From a virus (Duplodnaviria > Caudoviricetes): DNA of 64,000 nucleotides. Positions 1 to 8,121 of this stretch are shown in pieces. The stretch lies in the IMG/VR virus record IMGVR_UViG_3300025087_000034, one strand, 5' to 3'. The position numbers and the translations under genes are program-made. The notes under the pieces were generated by a model, which worked only from the letters and a program-made list of their open reading frames with translations, was not told the DNA's origin and did not search any database. The stretch's first letter is position 1. Each line of letters opens with the position of its first letter.

Positions 1-259
1 CAAGAATAACCTTGGAAGCTCTCCACTTCTCAGGTTCTTTTTCCGGGTCTAGCACCATTTCTGCGTCGGTAGGAATGGTAACTTTTCTGAGCCAGGGCCC
101 ATAGTCCAGAAAAGCTAGAATGTCTTCCCTGGCAAAGTAAATTCCCCCTGGGCAACAAGAACCTTCCTTCTTGAAAGGAACAGGGTCCTCATTTAGACCT
201 GTTTTGAATTGTAACCCGTGGTGACATTCGTTTGAGTTGAGAATCTTATAAAAGTCCAC
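1..259 (-). CDS. 5' part of a paralog of the ankyrin-repeat gene (N-terminal domain), truncated by the window edge
   Basis: Manual translation from GTG at 259 (AAGGA RBS upstream): MDFYKILNSNECHHGLQFKTGLNEDPVPFKKEGSCCPGGIYFAREDILAFLDYGPWLRKVTIPTDAEMVLDPEKEPEKWRASKVIL. This is nearly identical to the N-terminus of 534..1526. It is absent from the ORF track. Confidence 0.85.
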   Translation of the reverse strand, partial: MDFYKILNSNECHHGLQFKTGLNEDPVPFKKEGSCCPGGIYFAREDILAFLDYGPWLRKVTIPTDAEMVLDPEKEPEKWRASKVIL

Positions 260-804
260 GCTTGTTTTCCTTTGTTGGTTCGATAAAATTTGCCTTTATA
301 GTGTTATTATCTCTTCAATTAGGGTATTCTTACCATAGGGAGGGGGCGCACAAAATATTCACCTATTTTTACCCCTTTTAGAAGTTTTTTTCGCACGCTA
401 AAAAACTTACCCCCAAAACATAAATAACCTATCTTAATTTATTAATGTTTCCTCATTTAAATCTTTTTCATTTTAATAGTGGTATTTTTTGTGAAATTTA
501 CGATTAGTATAAGTTTAAGAACAGGAAAGGTCTATGGAGAATAACATGAATTTCTACAAGATTCTCAACTCAGACGAATGTCACAACGGCTTACAATTCA
601 AAACAGGTCTAAACGTAGACCCTGCTCCTTTCCAGAAGGAAGGTTCTTGTGTACGAGGAGGAATTTACTTTGCTAGAGAAGACATTCTAGCTTTTCTGGA
701 CTATGGGCCCTGGCTCAGAAAAGTTACCATTCCTACCGACGCAGAAATGGTGCTAGACCCGGAAAAAGAACCTGAGAAGTGGAGAGCTTCCAAGGTTATT
801 CTTG
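1..804. repeat. Inverted duplication (1-259 vs 546-804) with a perfect 127-bp core
   Basis: 1-127 is the exact reverse complement of 678-804; 128-259 matches 546-677 with scattered substitutions. Confidence 0.95.
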
Positions 805-1526
805 GGAAAAGAGAAAAGATTACCGTCGAGGTAGTGGAAAGATTGATTCAGGAGGGGGCTAACGTACACGCTAACAAAAACTATGCTCTTCAATGGGCTA
901 GTAGGAAGGGGCACACTAAAGTAGTAAAACTTCTTCTTGAGCACGGAGCTGACGTACACGCTCAGGAAGACGAGGCTCTTAAACTGGCTAGTGAGTACGG
1001 ACACACTGAAATAGCAAAACTTCTTCTTGGGCACGGAGCTGACGTACACGCTTGTGAAGATGGGGCTCTTTGGTGGGCGAGTATAAAGGGGCACCTTGCA
1101 ATAGTAAAGCTTCTTCTTGAGCACGGAGTTGACGTACACGCTCACGAAGACGAGGCTCTCAAGTGGGCTAGTATGAGGAGACACCTTGAGGTGGTAAAAC
1201 TTCTTTTTGAGCACGAAGCTGACGTACACGCTCAAAGAGACTATGCTCTTAGGTGGGCTAGTATGAACGGGCATCTTGAAATAGTAGAACTTCTTCTTGA
1301 GCACGGAGCTGACGTACACGCTTGTGAAGATGAGGCTCTTAAGTCGGCTAGTGTGAGGGGGTACGTTGAAATAGTAAAACTTCTTCTTGAGCACGGAGCT
1401 GACGTGCACGTTTACGAAGACTATGCTCTTAGGTGGGCTAGTAAAAATGGGCATCTTGAGGTGGCAAAACTTCTACTAGAACACGGAGCTGACGTACATG
1501 TGGACAAAGACGTGGATATCCTGTAG
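534..1526 (+). CDS. Ankyrin-repeat protein with a conserved N-terminal domain
   Basis: Seven complete plus one partial 30-aa repeat of the type GADVHAxEDxALxWASxxGHLEIVKLLLEH; triple stop TAG TAG TAA. Confidence 0.93.
   Translation: MENNMNFYKILNSDECHNGLQFKTGLNVDPAPFQKEGSCVRGGIYFAREDILAFLDYGPWLRKVTIPTDAEMVLDPEKEPEKWRASKVILGKREKITVEVVERLIQEGANVHANKNYALQWASRKGHTKVVKLLLEHGADVHAQEDEALKLASEYGHTEIAKLLLGHGADVHACEDGALWWASIKGHLAIVKLLLEHGVDVHAHEDEALKWASMRRHLEVVKLLFEHEADVHAQRDYALRWASMNGHLEIVELLLEHGADVHACEDEALKSASVRGYVEIVKLLLEHGADVHVYEDYALRWASKNGHLEVAKLLLEHGADVHVDKDVDIL
851..1505 (+). repeat. 90-bp tandem coding repeats (ankyrin units)
   Basis: GCACGGAG(C/T)TGACGTACACG recurs at 941, 1031 and 1121, and the period of 90 continues. 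Confidence 0.9.
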
Positions 1527-1683
1527 TAGTAAAGATGCTGAAAGAAAGGGTTAACAAAACCTAAACCTAACCTTTAAGTAGGGGAAGAGGAGAATAGTGC
1601 CTTTTAGACATTCTTACTTTCGTTGAAATGTTTCACCTTTGTAGCACTAAACTCTTACTCTTTCATCTACTTATTTTTCATCT

Positions 1684-1711
1684 AAAAGGGCCCTTAGGGG
1701 CCCTTTTTTTA
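1684..1711 (+). terminator. Intrinsic terminator, possibly bidirectional
   Basis: AAAAGGGCCC-TTAG-GGGCCCTTTT followed by further T residues, downstream of the ankyrin gene. Confidence 0.8.
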
Positions 1712-1956
1712 TGGTTTGGTGTCGGCCCGACAAACCTTCCGTTTTCTTATCATTATAACTGTTCATCGGAGAAGTTTGTGAAATAGGCACTAAAGTAAAA
1801 TATTTGCAGATTTTTCACGTCTTAAATTTTTTTTCGCGCACTGAAAAAGACTCCAAATTAATAATACTTTCTTATATATTAATACAATTACCTATCTCTC
1901 TATTTCATAATAAACTATATTAAGATTCTTCCATAATCTTCCTTCTTGCCTCAATA

Positions 1957-2106
1957 ATATTGTATTCTTTTTATATTTCCCCCCTTTTAAGAATATTGTA
2001 TTCTTTTCAAAGCTTTCTTCCTCGTTTTCTCCCCTCTCCCTAACAATATTGTATTCTTTTCAGACATGATATTGTATTCTTTTCAAACATGGTATTGTAT
2101 TCTTTT
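1957..2106. repeat. Five dispersed 15-bp direct repeats (iteron-like)
   Basis: ATATTGTATTCTTTT at 1957, 1993, 2046 and 2069, and (G for the first A) at 2092. The last three are spaced 23 bp apart. Confidence 0.9.
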
Positions 2107-2202
2107 ATGTCCGTGGTGTACACCCTTTTGTTAAGAAATCCAGCAAAATTAATTTATTTTTTATTGAATAGGAGAATAAACTAATAAATTCAAACACATA
2201 AT

Positions 2203-2256
2203 TGTATGTACAATACTGTATGTACAATACTGTATGTACAATACTGTATGTACAAT
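2203..2256. repeat. 14-bp tandem repeat, ~3.9 copies
   Basis: TGTATGTACAATAC units at 2203, 2217, 2231 and 2245; each contains the palindrome TGTACA. Confidence 0.95.
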
Positions 2257-2257
2257 G

Positions 2258-2286
2258 TTGACATTGTACGTGCTTTCTTTTATATA
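2258..2286 (+). promoter_or_regulatory. sigma70-type promoter for the RHH gene
   Basis: TTGACA-N17-TATATA directly abutting the tandem repeat; AAGGAG RBS downstream. Confidence 0.6.
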
Positions 2287-2328
2287 TATAGTGTACCGTC
2301 TAGGGTATTTTAATAAGGAGAATAGATC

Positions 2329-2490
2329 ATGCAGAAAAAAGAAGGTAAAAGAATGAATTTTAGATTGTCGAATGAGACTATTACTATATTGAAAGGGTGT
2401 GCTGAAAAGAAGGGGGTAAGTATGACAGAGGTATTGGAAGAATTTGTATTAGTATATGGTACAAAGTGTTTAATAGAAGAAGATAAATAG
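2329..2490 (+). CDS. Ribbon-helix-helix (CopG/Arc-like) DNA-binding protein, 53 aa
   Basis: Manual translation MQKKEGKRMNFRLSNETITILKGCAEKKGVSMTEVLEEFVLVYGTKCLIEEDK shows an alternating beta strand (MNFRL), helix A, a G-x-S turn and helix B. It is below the ORF-track cutoff. Confidence 0.8.
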   Translation: MQKKEGKRMNFRLSNETITILKGCAEKKGVSMTEVLEEFVLVYGTKCLIEEDK

Positions 2491-2625
2491 TTATTTTTGT
2501 TAGTGTTTTGTAAGAAGAAAGTATATTATTATATTGTTTTGTTTGTTGTTTGTTAAAGAAAGAGTATACCTTAGCAAATAATTTTTGGGTTTTGTTTTTA
2601 TTTAGCGCCGAGAAAAAATTGGGTG

Positions 2626-2985
2626 CTACAAGAAAGGTAGGATTTCACTGAGGATTTTGTCTTCTTTCTCCTCTCTTTGTGCCTTTAGGTCTATCGATTT
2701 CTTTTCCAGAAAGGTTGCTATTGCCTCGACAAGGCCTTGATTTTCCTTATCGTTTAGTTCAATATCGGTTGTGAACCCCATCACACCATATTGAAGACTA
2801 GGTCTACCAAGACGACCGGGGGCTGGGTAATACACGACGAGGGATTTACGTCTCGCTGTGCACATGGCTGCCTTTGTGTTTGTCAGTACATAGCCCACAT
2901 CCATACTATCTTGGTTGTTTTCCCAGATCGTTCCATCATCGTTGGAAATACTGTTAAGAAGCATTTGGATCTTGGGGCGTATCAT
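2626..2985 (-). CDS. Hypothetical protein
   Basis: 119-aa ORF, AGGAAAAAC leader, in the strand of the arm. Confidence 0.6.
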   Translation of the reverse strand: MIRPKIQMLLNSISNDDGTIWENNQDSMDVGYVLTNTKAAMCTARRKSLVVYYPAPGRLGRPSLQYGVMGFTTDIELNDKENQGLVEAIATFLEKKSIDLKAQREEKEDKILSEILPFL

Positions 2986-3118
2986 GTTGTTTTTCCTTTT
3001 CTTTTTCAGTTCGCCAAGAAATTTTAGGGTTATAAAAAAGATGGGTTCTTTAGTTGTTTTAGGGTGTAGAAGGTGGGTTCTAAGGTGTATTTTGTATCCT
3101 TTGGATTTTTTAACAAGT

Positions 3119-3370
3119 TCAGTATTTATTTCGCCAAGAAATTTTCAGATTTTTTTGAGTGCCATAATAGAGCCAGAGCTCAGCTAAGGCTGTTTTGTAT
3201 CCATTTCCGTAGGAGGTATCTAAGTGAATATAAGCACGCCTCATTAATTGGATATTGTTCATATATAAAGAGTTATACAAGGCATCGTTGAATCCTGTTG
3301 AGAAGTCATTATCTAAACGTTCTTCCCTTGTCAAAGGGAAAAGTTTAGATTTTTTTCTCTTTGATTTCAT
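3119..3370 (-). CDS. Small hypothetical protein, paralog of 3625..3837
   Basis: Probable start MKSKRKK at 3370; shares DF..G(F/Y)NDAL and YG.GYK.AL motifs with 3625..3837. Confidence 0.65.
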   Translation of the reverse strand: MKSKRKKSKLFPLTREERLDNDFSTGFNDALYNSLYMNNIQLMRRAYIHLDTSYGNGYKTALAELWLYYGTQKNLKISWRNKY

Positions 3371-3428
3371 GAGGTTACCTTTTTTTAGTGCCGCGAAAAA
3401 ATCTGGGGTTTCATAGAGGGTTCGTTCT

Positions 3429-3608
3429 TTAGTCGTCTTGAACTGACAGAGGGTTGGACCAGTGGTTAGGATACCAAGCGGCATGGGCATCGAAGGATTT
3501 TACCGGGCATATTCTGCATAAGTGAGCTATACCGATGGCTTCGTTGGCTACTTCGTAATAATATTTAATGTGAAAGAACCCTTCTTGTGCTATCTTGTTT
3601 AAGTCCAT
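3429..3608 (-). CDS. Hypothetical 59-aa protein
   Basis: Manual translation MDLNKIAQEGFFHIKYYYEVANEAIGIAHLCRICPVKSFDAHAAWYPNHWSNPLSVQDD fills the gap between the two paralogs. Confidence 0.45.
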   Translation of the reverse strand: MDLNKIAQEGFFHIKYYYEVANEAIGIAHLCRICPVKSFDAHAAWYPNHWSNPLSVQDD

Positions 3609-3624
3609 GTTTTTGTTTCTTTTT

Positions 3625-3837
3625 CTAGAGTGAGAGCAACCCTATGTCGATTAGGGCTTTTTTGTATCCTTGTCCATAGATGGATTTGTGGTGTATGTGG
3701 TATATGCGTTTGAGATTTTCTTCTTTTAGATTGCAATAATCTTCTAAAGCATCATTATATCCTGCTTTGAAGTCATCCAATATATATTCTTCTTCTGCGA
3801 GTTTATATGGTTGTGGTTTCTTTTTATTAGATTTCAT
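3625..3837 (-). CDS. Small hypothetical protein, paralog of 3119..3370
   Basis: MKSNKKK start; DFKAGYNDAL and YGQGYKKAL motifs. Confidence 0.65.
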   Translation of the reverse strand: MKSNKKKPQPYKLAEEEYILDDFKAGYNDALEDYCNLKEENLKRIYHIHHKSIYGQGYKKALIDIGLLSL

Positions 3838-3878
3838 GGGGTTATCTTTTCTTTTGGCCTGCTAGGAAATTTTTCATA

Positions 3879-4382
3879 CTAGAAAGTACACACGAAATAT
3901 TTGTCTGGTAGTACTTCTAGTAGGGGTTTTACATCTTTCCATTCAAGTTCCCCTGCACCACAACCTGGTCGAGGAAGAAAGATCTTACAATCAATATTGT
4001 TAAACATTTCCTATAGTTGGGTTATACTTTGTTGTATGATAGCCGGACTAGCCTGTACGGCCCATCCAGGTATTTTGTTCCCAGGAGCAAACTTTCCTTT
4101 CATATGTTTTACTATTGTTTTAGAGTCATATGAGAAGACAGGTTTTACTGGGAAAGATACTAGAATGTATGAATCAAAAAGACCTAGAATGTTTACTACA
4201 TTCCCGTTCTTTTGAATCATATTTTCTAATAGTTTGGGTAGGTTAGGGAATTTTTTCGCCGCCGAAAAAGCAATCCCTCTACCCATAACACATTCTCCTT
4301 TTCCCTTTAAAAAATCATTAGTAGTAATACAAAGGATATTTCCTTTAGCTAATTCCCATAAATCTCCTCTAAGTTCCTTCAT
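3879..4382 (-). pseudogene. Macro-domain (ADP-ribose processing) gene interrupted by one in-frame TAG: pseudogene or read-through
   Basis: GGAGGTG RBS then MKELRGDLW..ITTN..VMGRGIA..FP. TAG at 4013-4011 (codon 124) is followed in frame by EMFNNIDCKIFLPRPGCGAGELEWKDVKPLL..., the typical C-terminal PxxGCGxGxLxW Macro motif, ending at TAG 3881-3879. Confidence 0.75.
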
Positions 4383-5199
4383 ATTACACCTCCAAGAATT
4401 CAGCAAGAAAATAATTAAAAATAAATAAACAAATTTAGTTTACATTTTTAGATATTTGTATTATATATGTAAATATGATTGGAGTATTGCCCCTCGCCCT
4501 CCTTTATAAATCTAGGGGCCGTTCACGAGAAACCTTTATGTCTTTTATGTTAAAAGAATAAATATATAACACATATAAGAAATAGGGTGTAAGTGATAGT
4601 TTTTTATGGGTTTTTTCGAAGAAAAAGAATCCATACATGAACCTATTTATGTATCTTACCTTGATCGGTAAAAATAGGGGTAAGCATATCGCCATAACGT
4701 AATGTCGTGAGTTTGTACACGCTAAAAGAATAGACATACTAATATATAATATTGAATCTATATTAATTCTAGGTTGATTTCTTTGTATATTTTCAAGTCT
4801 GTCATGAGAGTAAAGATGAAATCATACAAGTCTTGGTATACGTATAAAGAACTAGACTAGACCGAACTAGGGGGGATATTTTATATTGGGATAAGTTGTG
4901 TTAGCTTCCTATTGGTGATTTCACTTTTAGGTTTACTGCTATAGGTGTATTTATATAGTATTTATTTGTTTGTGGTAAACTTTTGTAGTGGAAAAACTTT
5001 ATGTAGGGGGCTATTTGTGTATCTATAGTAGAATTTCTAGGGTTTTATAGAAGGTCCGTTCTGTAGTCGTTTTAGGATGGTATGGGTTAGGGGTTTGGAT
5101 TTTTTCTTTTGCTGTGAAAATTCGGGGGTGGGTATTATAGTTGGTTTTTTACACGGTAGTAGGTTTCTATGGAGGGAGGGGAGAGAGCGAGGTAGAAAA

Positions 5200-5271
5200 T
5201 GGGCTCGCCGGGACTCGAACCCGGAATTCATCGGTTAAAAGCCGAGTGCGATGCCATTTCGCCACGAGCCC
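5200..5271 (-). tRNA. trnK: tRNA-Lys(UUU)
   Basis: Cloverleaf GGGCTCG/CGAGCCC, D-arm GCGA/TCGC, loop CTTTTAA, T-loop TTCGAGT; CCA is not encoded. Confidence 0.93.
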
Positions 5272-5275
5272 TTGA

Positions 5276-5347
5276 TGACCCTGCCGGGAATTGAACCCGG
5301 GTCTCTGGCGTGAAAGGCCGGTATCCTGGCCGCTGGACGACAGGGCC
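5276..5347 (-). tRNA. trnE: tRNA-Glu(UUC)
   Basis: Cloverleaf GGCCCTG/CAGGGTC, loop CTTTCAC, T-arm CCGGG-TTCAATT-CCCGG. Confidence 0.93.
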
Positions 5348-5405
5348 GTATAAGCCTTTTATACTCATGCTTAGGAGGTATTCTATGACGTGGCGAGGTG
5401 TTGGT

Positions 5406-5888
5406 CTAGAAGGGGTTGTTGTCGATGGAAGGGGAGGCTACTTCCTTCTGAGGTAACTGTTCCATTAGGGCCTGGAGTCGGGGGTCTTGGAGAAGGGCCT
5501 TCACCTGTTCGAGGTCGGTGAGGGCTGTTGGAGCTGCGGCTCCAGCAGGAGTTTCTTGCTGGCTCTTTAGACTGAGAGCACCGAAGCTCATGTGCTCCAC
5601 ACGTACTTCCCAGAAGTTCTTGTAGGTTCCGTCGTCTTCGTTCTTCTGGGAGAACGTTTTGATCCTACCGCGCACGAGCACTTCTTTGCCCTTTTTGCAG
5701 TGTTCGTTGGTTGCTCGGGCTCGAGGACCCCAGGTGATGCAGTTGATGACATCGGGATCCTTCTGTCCGGGCTCGTTCACCATAAGCCGGAACAGAGTCC
5801 TGTCGTCGGTTCCGTCTTCCTTGGACCCCTTGAAGAACATGGGGTCTGCGGCCAGCCTCCCACACACGATCGCGGTTGCCTCGTACAT
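5406..5888 (-). CDS. ssb: Single-stranded DNA-binding protein
   Basis: GRLAADP, CITWG..A, KGKEVLVRGRIKT OB-fold motifs and a C-terminal IDNNPF tail. Confidence 0.9.
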   Translation of the reverse strand: MYEATAIVCGRLAADPMFFKGSKEDGTDDRTLFRLMVNEPGQKDPDVINCITWGPRARATNEHCKKGKEVLVRGRIKTFSQKNEDDGTYKNFWEVRVEHMSFGALSLKSQQETPAGAAAPTALTDLEQVKALLQDPRLQALMEQLPQKEVASPSIDNNPF

Positions 5889-5963
5889 TTCTTTTTTCCT
5901 TTCTTGTGGGCCTTCCAGGCCCGTTTGTGCCGAATTTCTTTTGTTGTTTTTCGGCGTTGTTGT

Positions 5964-6347
5964 TCACGATTGTTCCGCAGAAAACTTTGCGGAATTGGGG
6001 TATTCTTCTTCTTCTTCTTTTGGTGGGGGTTGGCTTAGGAGTCCAGTTTCCCACTCTGTATTATTGTTTTTCTTTTCTTTGAGTTTGGGGTCTTGTGGGT
6101 CTGCTAGCCAGTTCCACAAGTGTTGGTTATTTTCCTTTTCTTTTGTAGGTTGTGGTTTCTGGTTTATTTCGTTGGGTTCTGGTCCTGTGGTGTCTGTTTG
6201 TGTTCTTGTGTCTGGTCCGTGTAGTTTTTCGGCTTCCTCCATAGCGTGTTGGTGTCGCCTATCTTCGTGGAACGCTACGAAGGCTGAAGCTATGCAGACC
6301 CCGATTACTAGCAAGGAAGCTGCTATTAGGATGGTTGGTATATCCAT
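5964..6347 (-). CDS. Hypothetical protein with an N-terminal transmembrane segment
   Basis: Hydrophobic N-terminus ILIAASLLVIGVCIASAFVAF; AGGAGG RBS. Confidence 0.65.
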   Translation of the reverse strand: MDIPTILIAASLLVIGVCIASAFVAFHEDRRHQHAMEEAEKLHGPDTRTQTDTTGPEPNEINQKPQPTKEKENNQHLWNWLADPQDPKLKEKKNNNTEWETGLLSQPPPKEEEEEYPNSAKFSAEQS

Positions 6348-6380
6348 ATTGTTCCTCCTTGCTGGTTTGGCAAAAAAGGG

Positions 6381-6554
6381 TTATATTTCTGTGTAGCGCT
6401 CGTAAAATTCTTTCCTTGGTAGACTTTCTGGGTAGATGAAGCCGTTGGGGCCCTGTCCTACTTCTACTTCGAAGTAGACCCTGTCTTGGGTTTCGTCGAA
6501 GACCAGGACGATTTCATCTGTGTAACGAATGTTACGATACTGTAGGGTCCTCAT
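6381..6554 (-). CDS. Hypothetical 57-aa protein
   Basis: Manual translation MRTLQYRNIRYTDEIVLVFDETQDRVYFEVEVGQGPNGFIYPESLPRKEFYERYTEI. Confidence 0.5.
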   Translation of the reverse strand: MRTLQYRNIRYTDEIVLVFDETQDRVYFEVEVGQGPNGFIYPESLPRKEFYERYTEI

Positions 6555-6762
6555 TTTTGGTTTCTTTCTTCGCAGATGGGGTTCCTATCTTAACGTTGAA
6601 GCCGTTCGACATCAAGTGAATCTTGACATCCTGTCCTTCGTCTTTGAGTTGACGATACAAGGACTTGGCCTCGTCGAAGGATTGGAAAATCTTTTCGACT
6701 TTCCAGTTCTTTTTTTGGTCAGTTTGTTTTGCTTGTGCTTTGTTTCTTTTGTTTTTTGGCAT
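6532..6762 (-). CDS. Hypothetical basic protein
   Basis: 76-aa ORF in the arm strand. Confidence 0.55.
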   Translation of the reverse strand: MPKNKRNKAQAKQTDQKKNWKVEKIFQSFDEAKSLYRQLKDEGQDVKIHLMSNGFNVKIGTPSAKKETKNEDPTVS

Positions 6763-6821
6763 CTATAGGTTTTTTCCTTGATTTTTTAGGGTTTTTGAGA
6801 AAATTCTCTTTATCTTTTTTG

Positions 6822-6895
6822 TGGGCCCGCCTGGGTTCGAACCAGGGACCTACCGGTTATGAGCCGGCGGCTCTGACCATCTGAGCTACAGGCCC
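6822..6895 (-). tRNA. tRNA with CAU anticodon, probably Ile2 (lysidine type)
   Basis: Cloverleaf GGGCCTG/CGGGCCC, GCCGG-CTCATAA-CCGGT anticodon arm. It lacks initiator features, and the GGCTCATAACC context resembles bacterial tRNA-Ile2. Confidence 0.88.
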
Positions 6896-7009
6896 AGGTG
6901 CTTGGATTTTTCCTTGTTTTATCAAGGGAGGCAATGTCCAAGCTACCTCGCTTTCATGTTTGTCTTTTCCTTTTTTTAAGTTTACGTCAAAAGTTCAGCA
7001 GAAAAAAGA

Positions 7010-7201
7010 TTAGTTTGTTTCTTTTGGAAGTGGTTGATATGCTTTTAGAAAGATCTCTTTCTTCATTCTAAAGAATTTTCCCATCAGATAGAAGATAAGC
7101 TTATCTTTTTTGATTGAAAAAAGGATTGGGGAGAATCCTCCTCGGAATTTCTTTCTTTTAGATTCACATGTTCTCATGTAGAATTTCCTCGATTGTTGCA
7201 C
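7010..7201 (-). CDS. Hypothetical protein
   Basis: 63-aa ORF in the arm strand. Confidence 0.4.
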   Translation of the reverse strand: MQQSRKFYMRTCESKRKKFRGGFSPILFSIKKDKLIFYLMGKFFRMKKEIFLKAYQPLPKETN

Positions 7202-7364
7202 GACCCCGCTCTTGTGGGTCGATGTGTACTTTTTTTCCGTTATCTTTGTTGGGGTCTAGTGGTTGGTGATTCTCTATGAGATACCATCCACCTAGGGTTT
7301 CTACCCACCAGGTGTTGTTGTTTTCTTGGTAGTGTAGGGTTCCCCGTGTTTGAAAGGCAAACAT
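7164..7364 (-). CDS. Hypothetical 66-aa protein
   Basis: Probable start MFAFQTRG at 7364, overlapping the stop of the upstream gene. Confidence 0.45.
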   Translation of the reverse strand: MFAFQTRGTLHYQENNNTWWVETLGGWYLIENHQPLDPNKDNGKKVHIDPQERGRATIEEILHENM

Positions 7365-7759
7365 TAGTAGTTTTGGTTCACAATGAAGAGAAAAAAGGGG
7401 AGTTCTTTTACTCTTCCCATGGTGAAGAGGCTGAGTTTTACTTCTCCCATCAAGATTCGAACAGTTTGGGCGATTCGAGGGAGCATTTCCTTCTTGTATG
7501 GGACTAAGAAGGCGACCGCTAAGGTAACTACCCCCTCTTTGAGACAGTGGTGGTTGACGATGATGGCAACTTCTCCCGTATTTACGGTAGTTATGGTTTT
7601 GCATCTCTTGGAGGGTTCCCACTTTGTGGGAGGAGGCGTGCTATGGGTGTGGGTTTTATGGTTGCATCCTGCTGCAGCGCTTATTACTAGCATCATGATT
7701 ACAGCAAGAACACCCGCAAGGCAAGCACAGGCTGCTTGTACCATCTTTTTATCTGGCAT
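7364..7759 (-). CDS. Hypothetical membrane/lipoprotein-like protein
   Basis: Long hydrophobic N-terminus ending AAAGC (lipobox-like). Confidence 0.55.
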   Translation of the reverse strand: MPDKKMVQAACACLAGVLAVIMMLVISAAAGCNHKTHTHSTPPPTKWEPSKRCKTITTVNTGEVAIIVNHHCLKEGVVTLAVAFLVPYKKEMLPRIAQTVRILMGEVKLSLFTMGRVKELPFFLFIVNQNY

Positions 7760-8022
7760 GTTTGTATCCTTTTTTTGGTTTCTTTTGACTCTTCATAAAT
7801 TCCTCAAAAAATTTCAGCTATGAATGGGTAAATCCGTTCTTATATTTGGGCGCTTATGTTTCTGTTTCTTTTCTTTTCTTTAGCGTAGGATTCATTTACT
7901 AATTCACGAATTTAGCAGAAAGATGGTAAGGTAGGATTTAGCAGTGGTAATGTAGTTAGCGAAGGGTTTCAGAGTGGGGGTGGCAGGGGGAGGAATCTCC
8001 CCCTGAAAAGTAGTATAGAAAT

Positions 8023-8057
8023 GCAGGAGTTAGGACACTTTGTGGCCTAACTCCTGC
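8023..8057 (-). terminator. Hairpin downstream of 8122..9285, probable terminator
   Basis: Perfect 12-bp stem GCAGGAGTTAGG/CCTAACTCCTGC; weak U-tract. Confidence 0.45.
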
Positions 8058-8121
8058 TACATTGGATTTTCTGGGGCTAGGGAGGCCCGAAGGGCCTCCC
8101 TAGTTTGTTTTGTTTGAGGTT

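Noticed and set aside
1-804. Diversity-generating retroelement TR/VR pair
   Set aside because: Mismatches between the copies are not adenine-specific, the copies are inverted, and no reverse transcriptase is in the window.
753-1454. 233-aa antisense ORF with repeats, and similar shadow ORFs (5592..6396, 8105..8503, 11793..12203, 12487..12804, 32545..33057)
   Set aside because: These are reverse-frame shadows of real genes or repeats, with no RBS or domain motifs.
1957-2256. Mini-CRISPR array
   Set aside because: The repeats are 14-15 bp with 0-38 bp irregular spacers, which fits operator or iteron arrays better.
5200-6895. Prophage attachment site at the tRNAs
   Set aside because: There is no integrase, no duplicated tRNA 3' end and no flanking host genes in the window.
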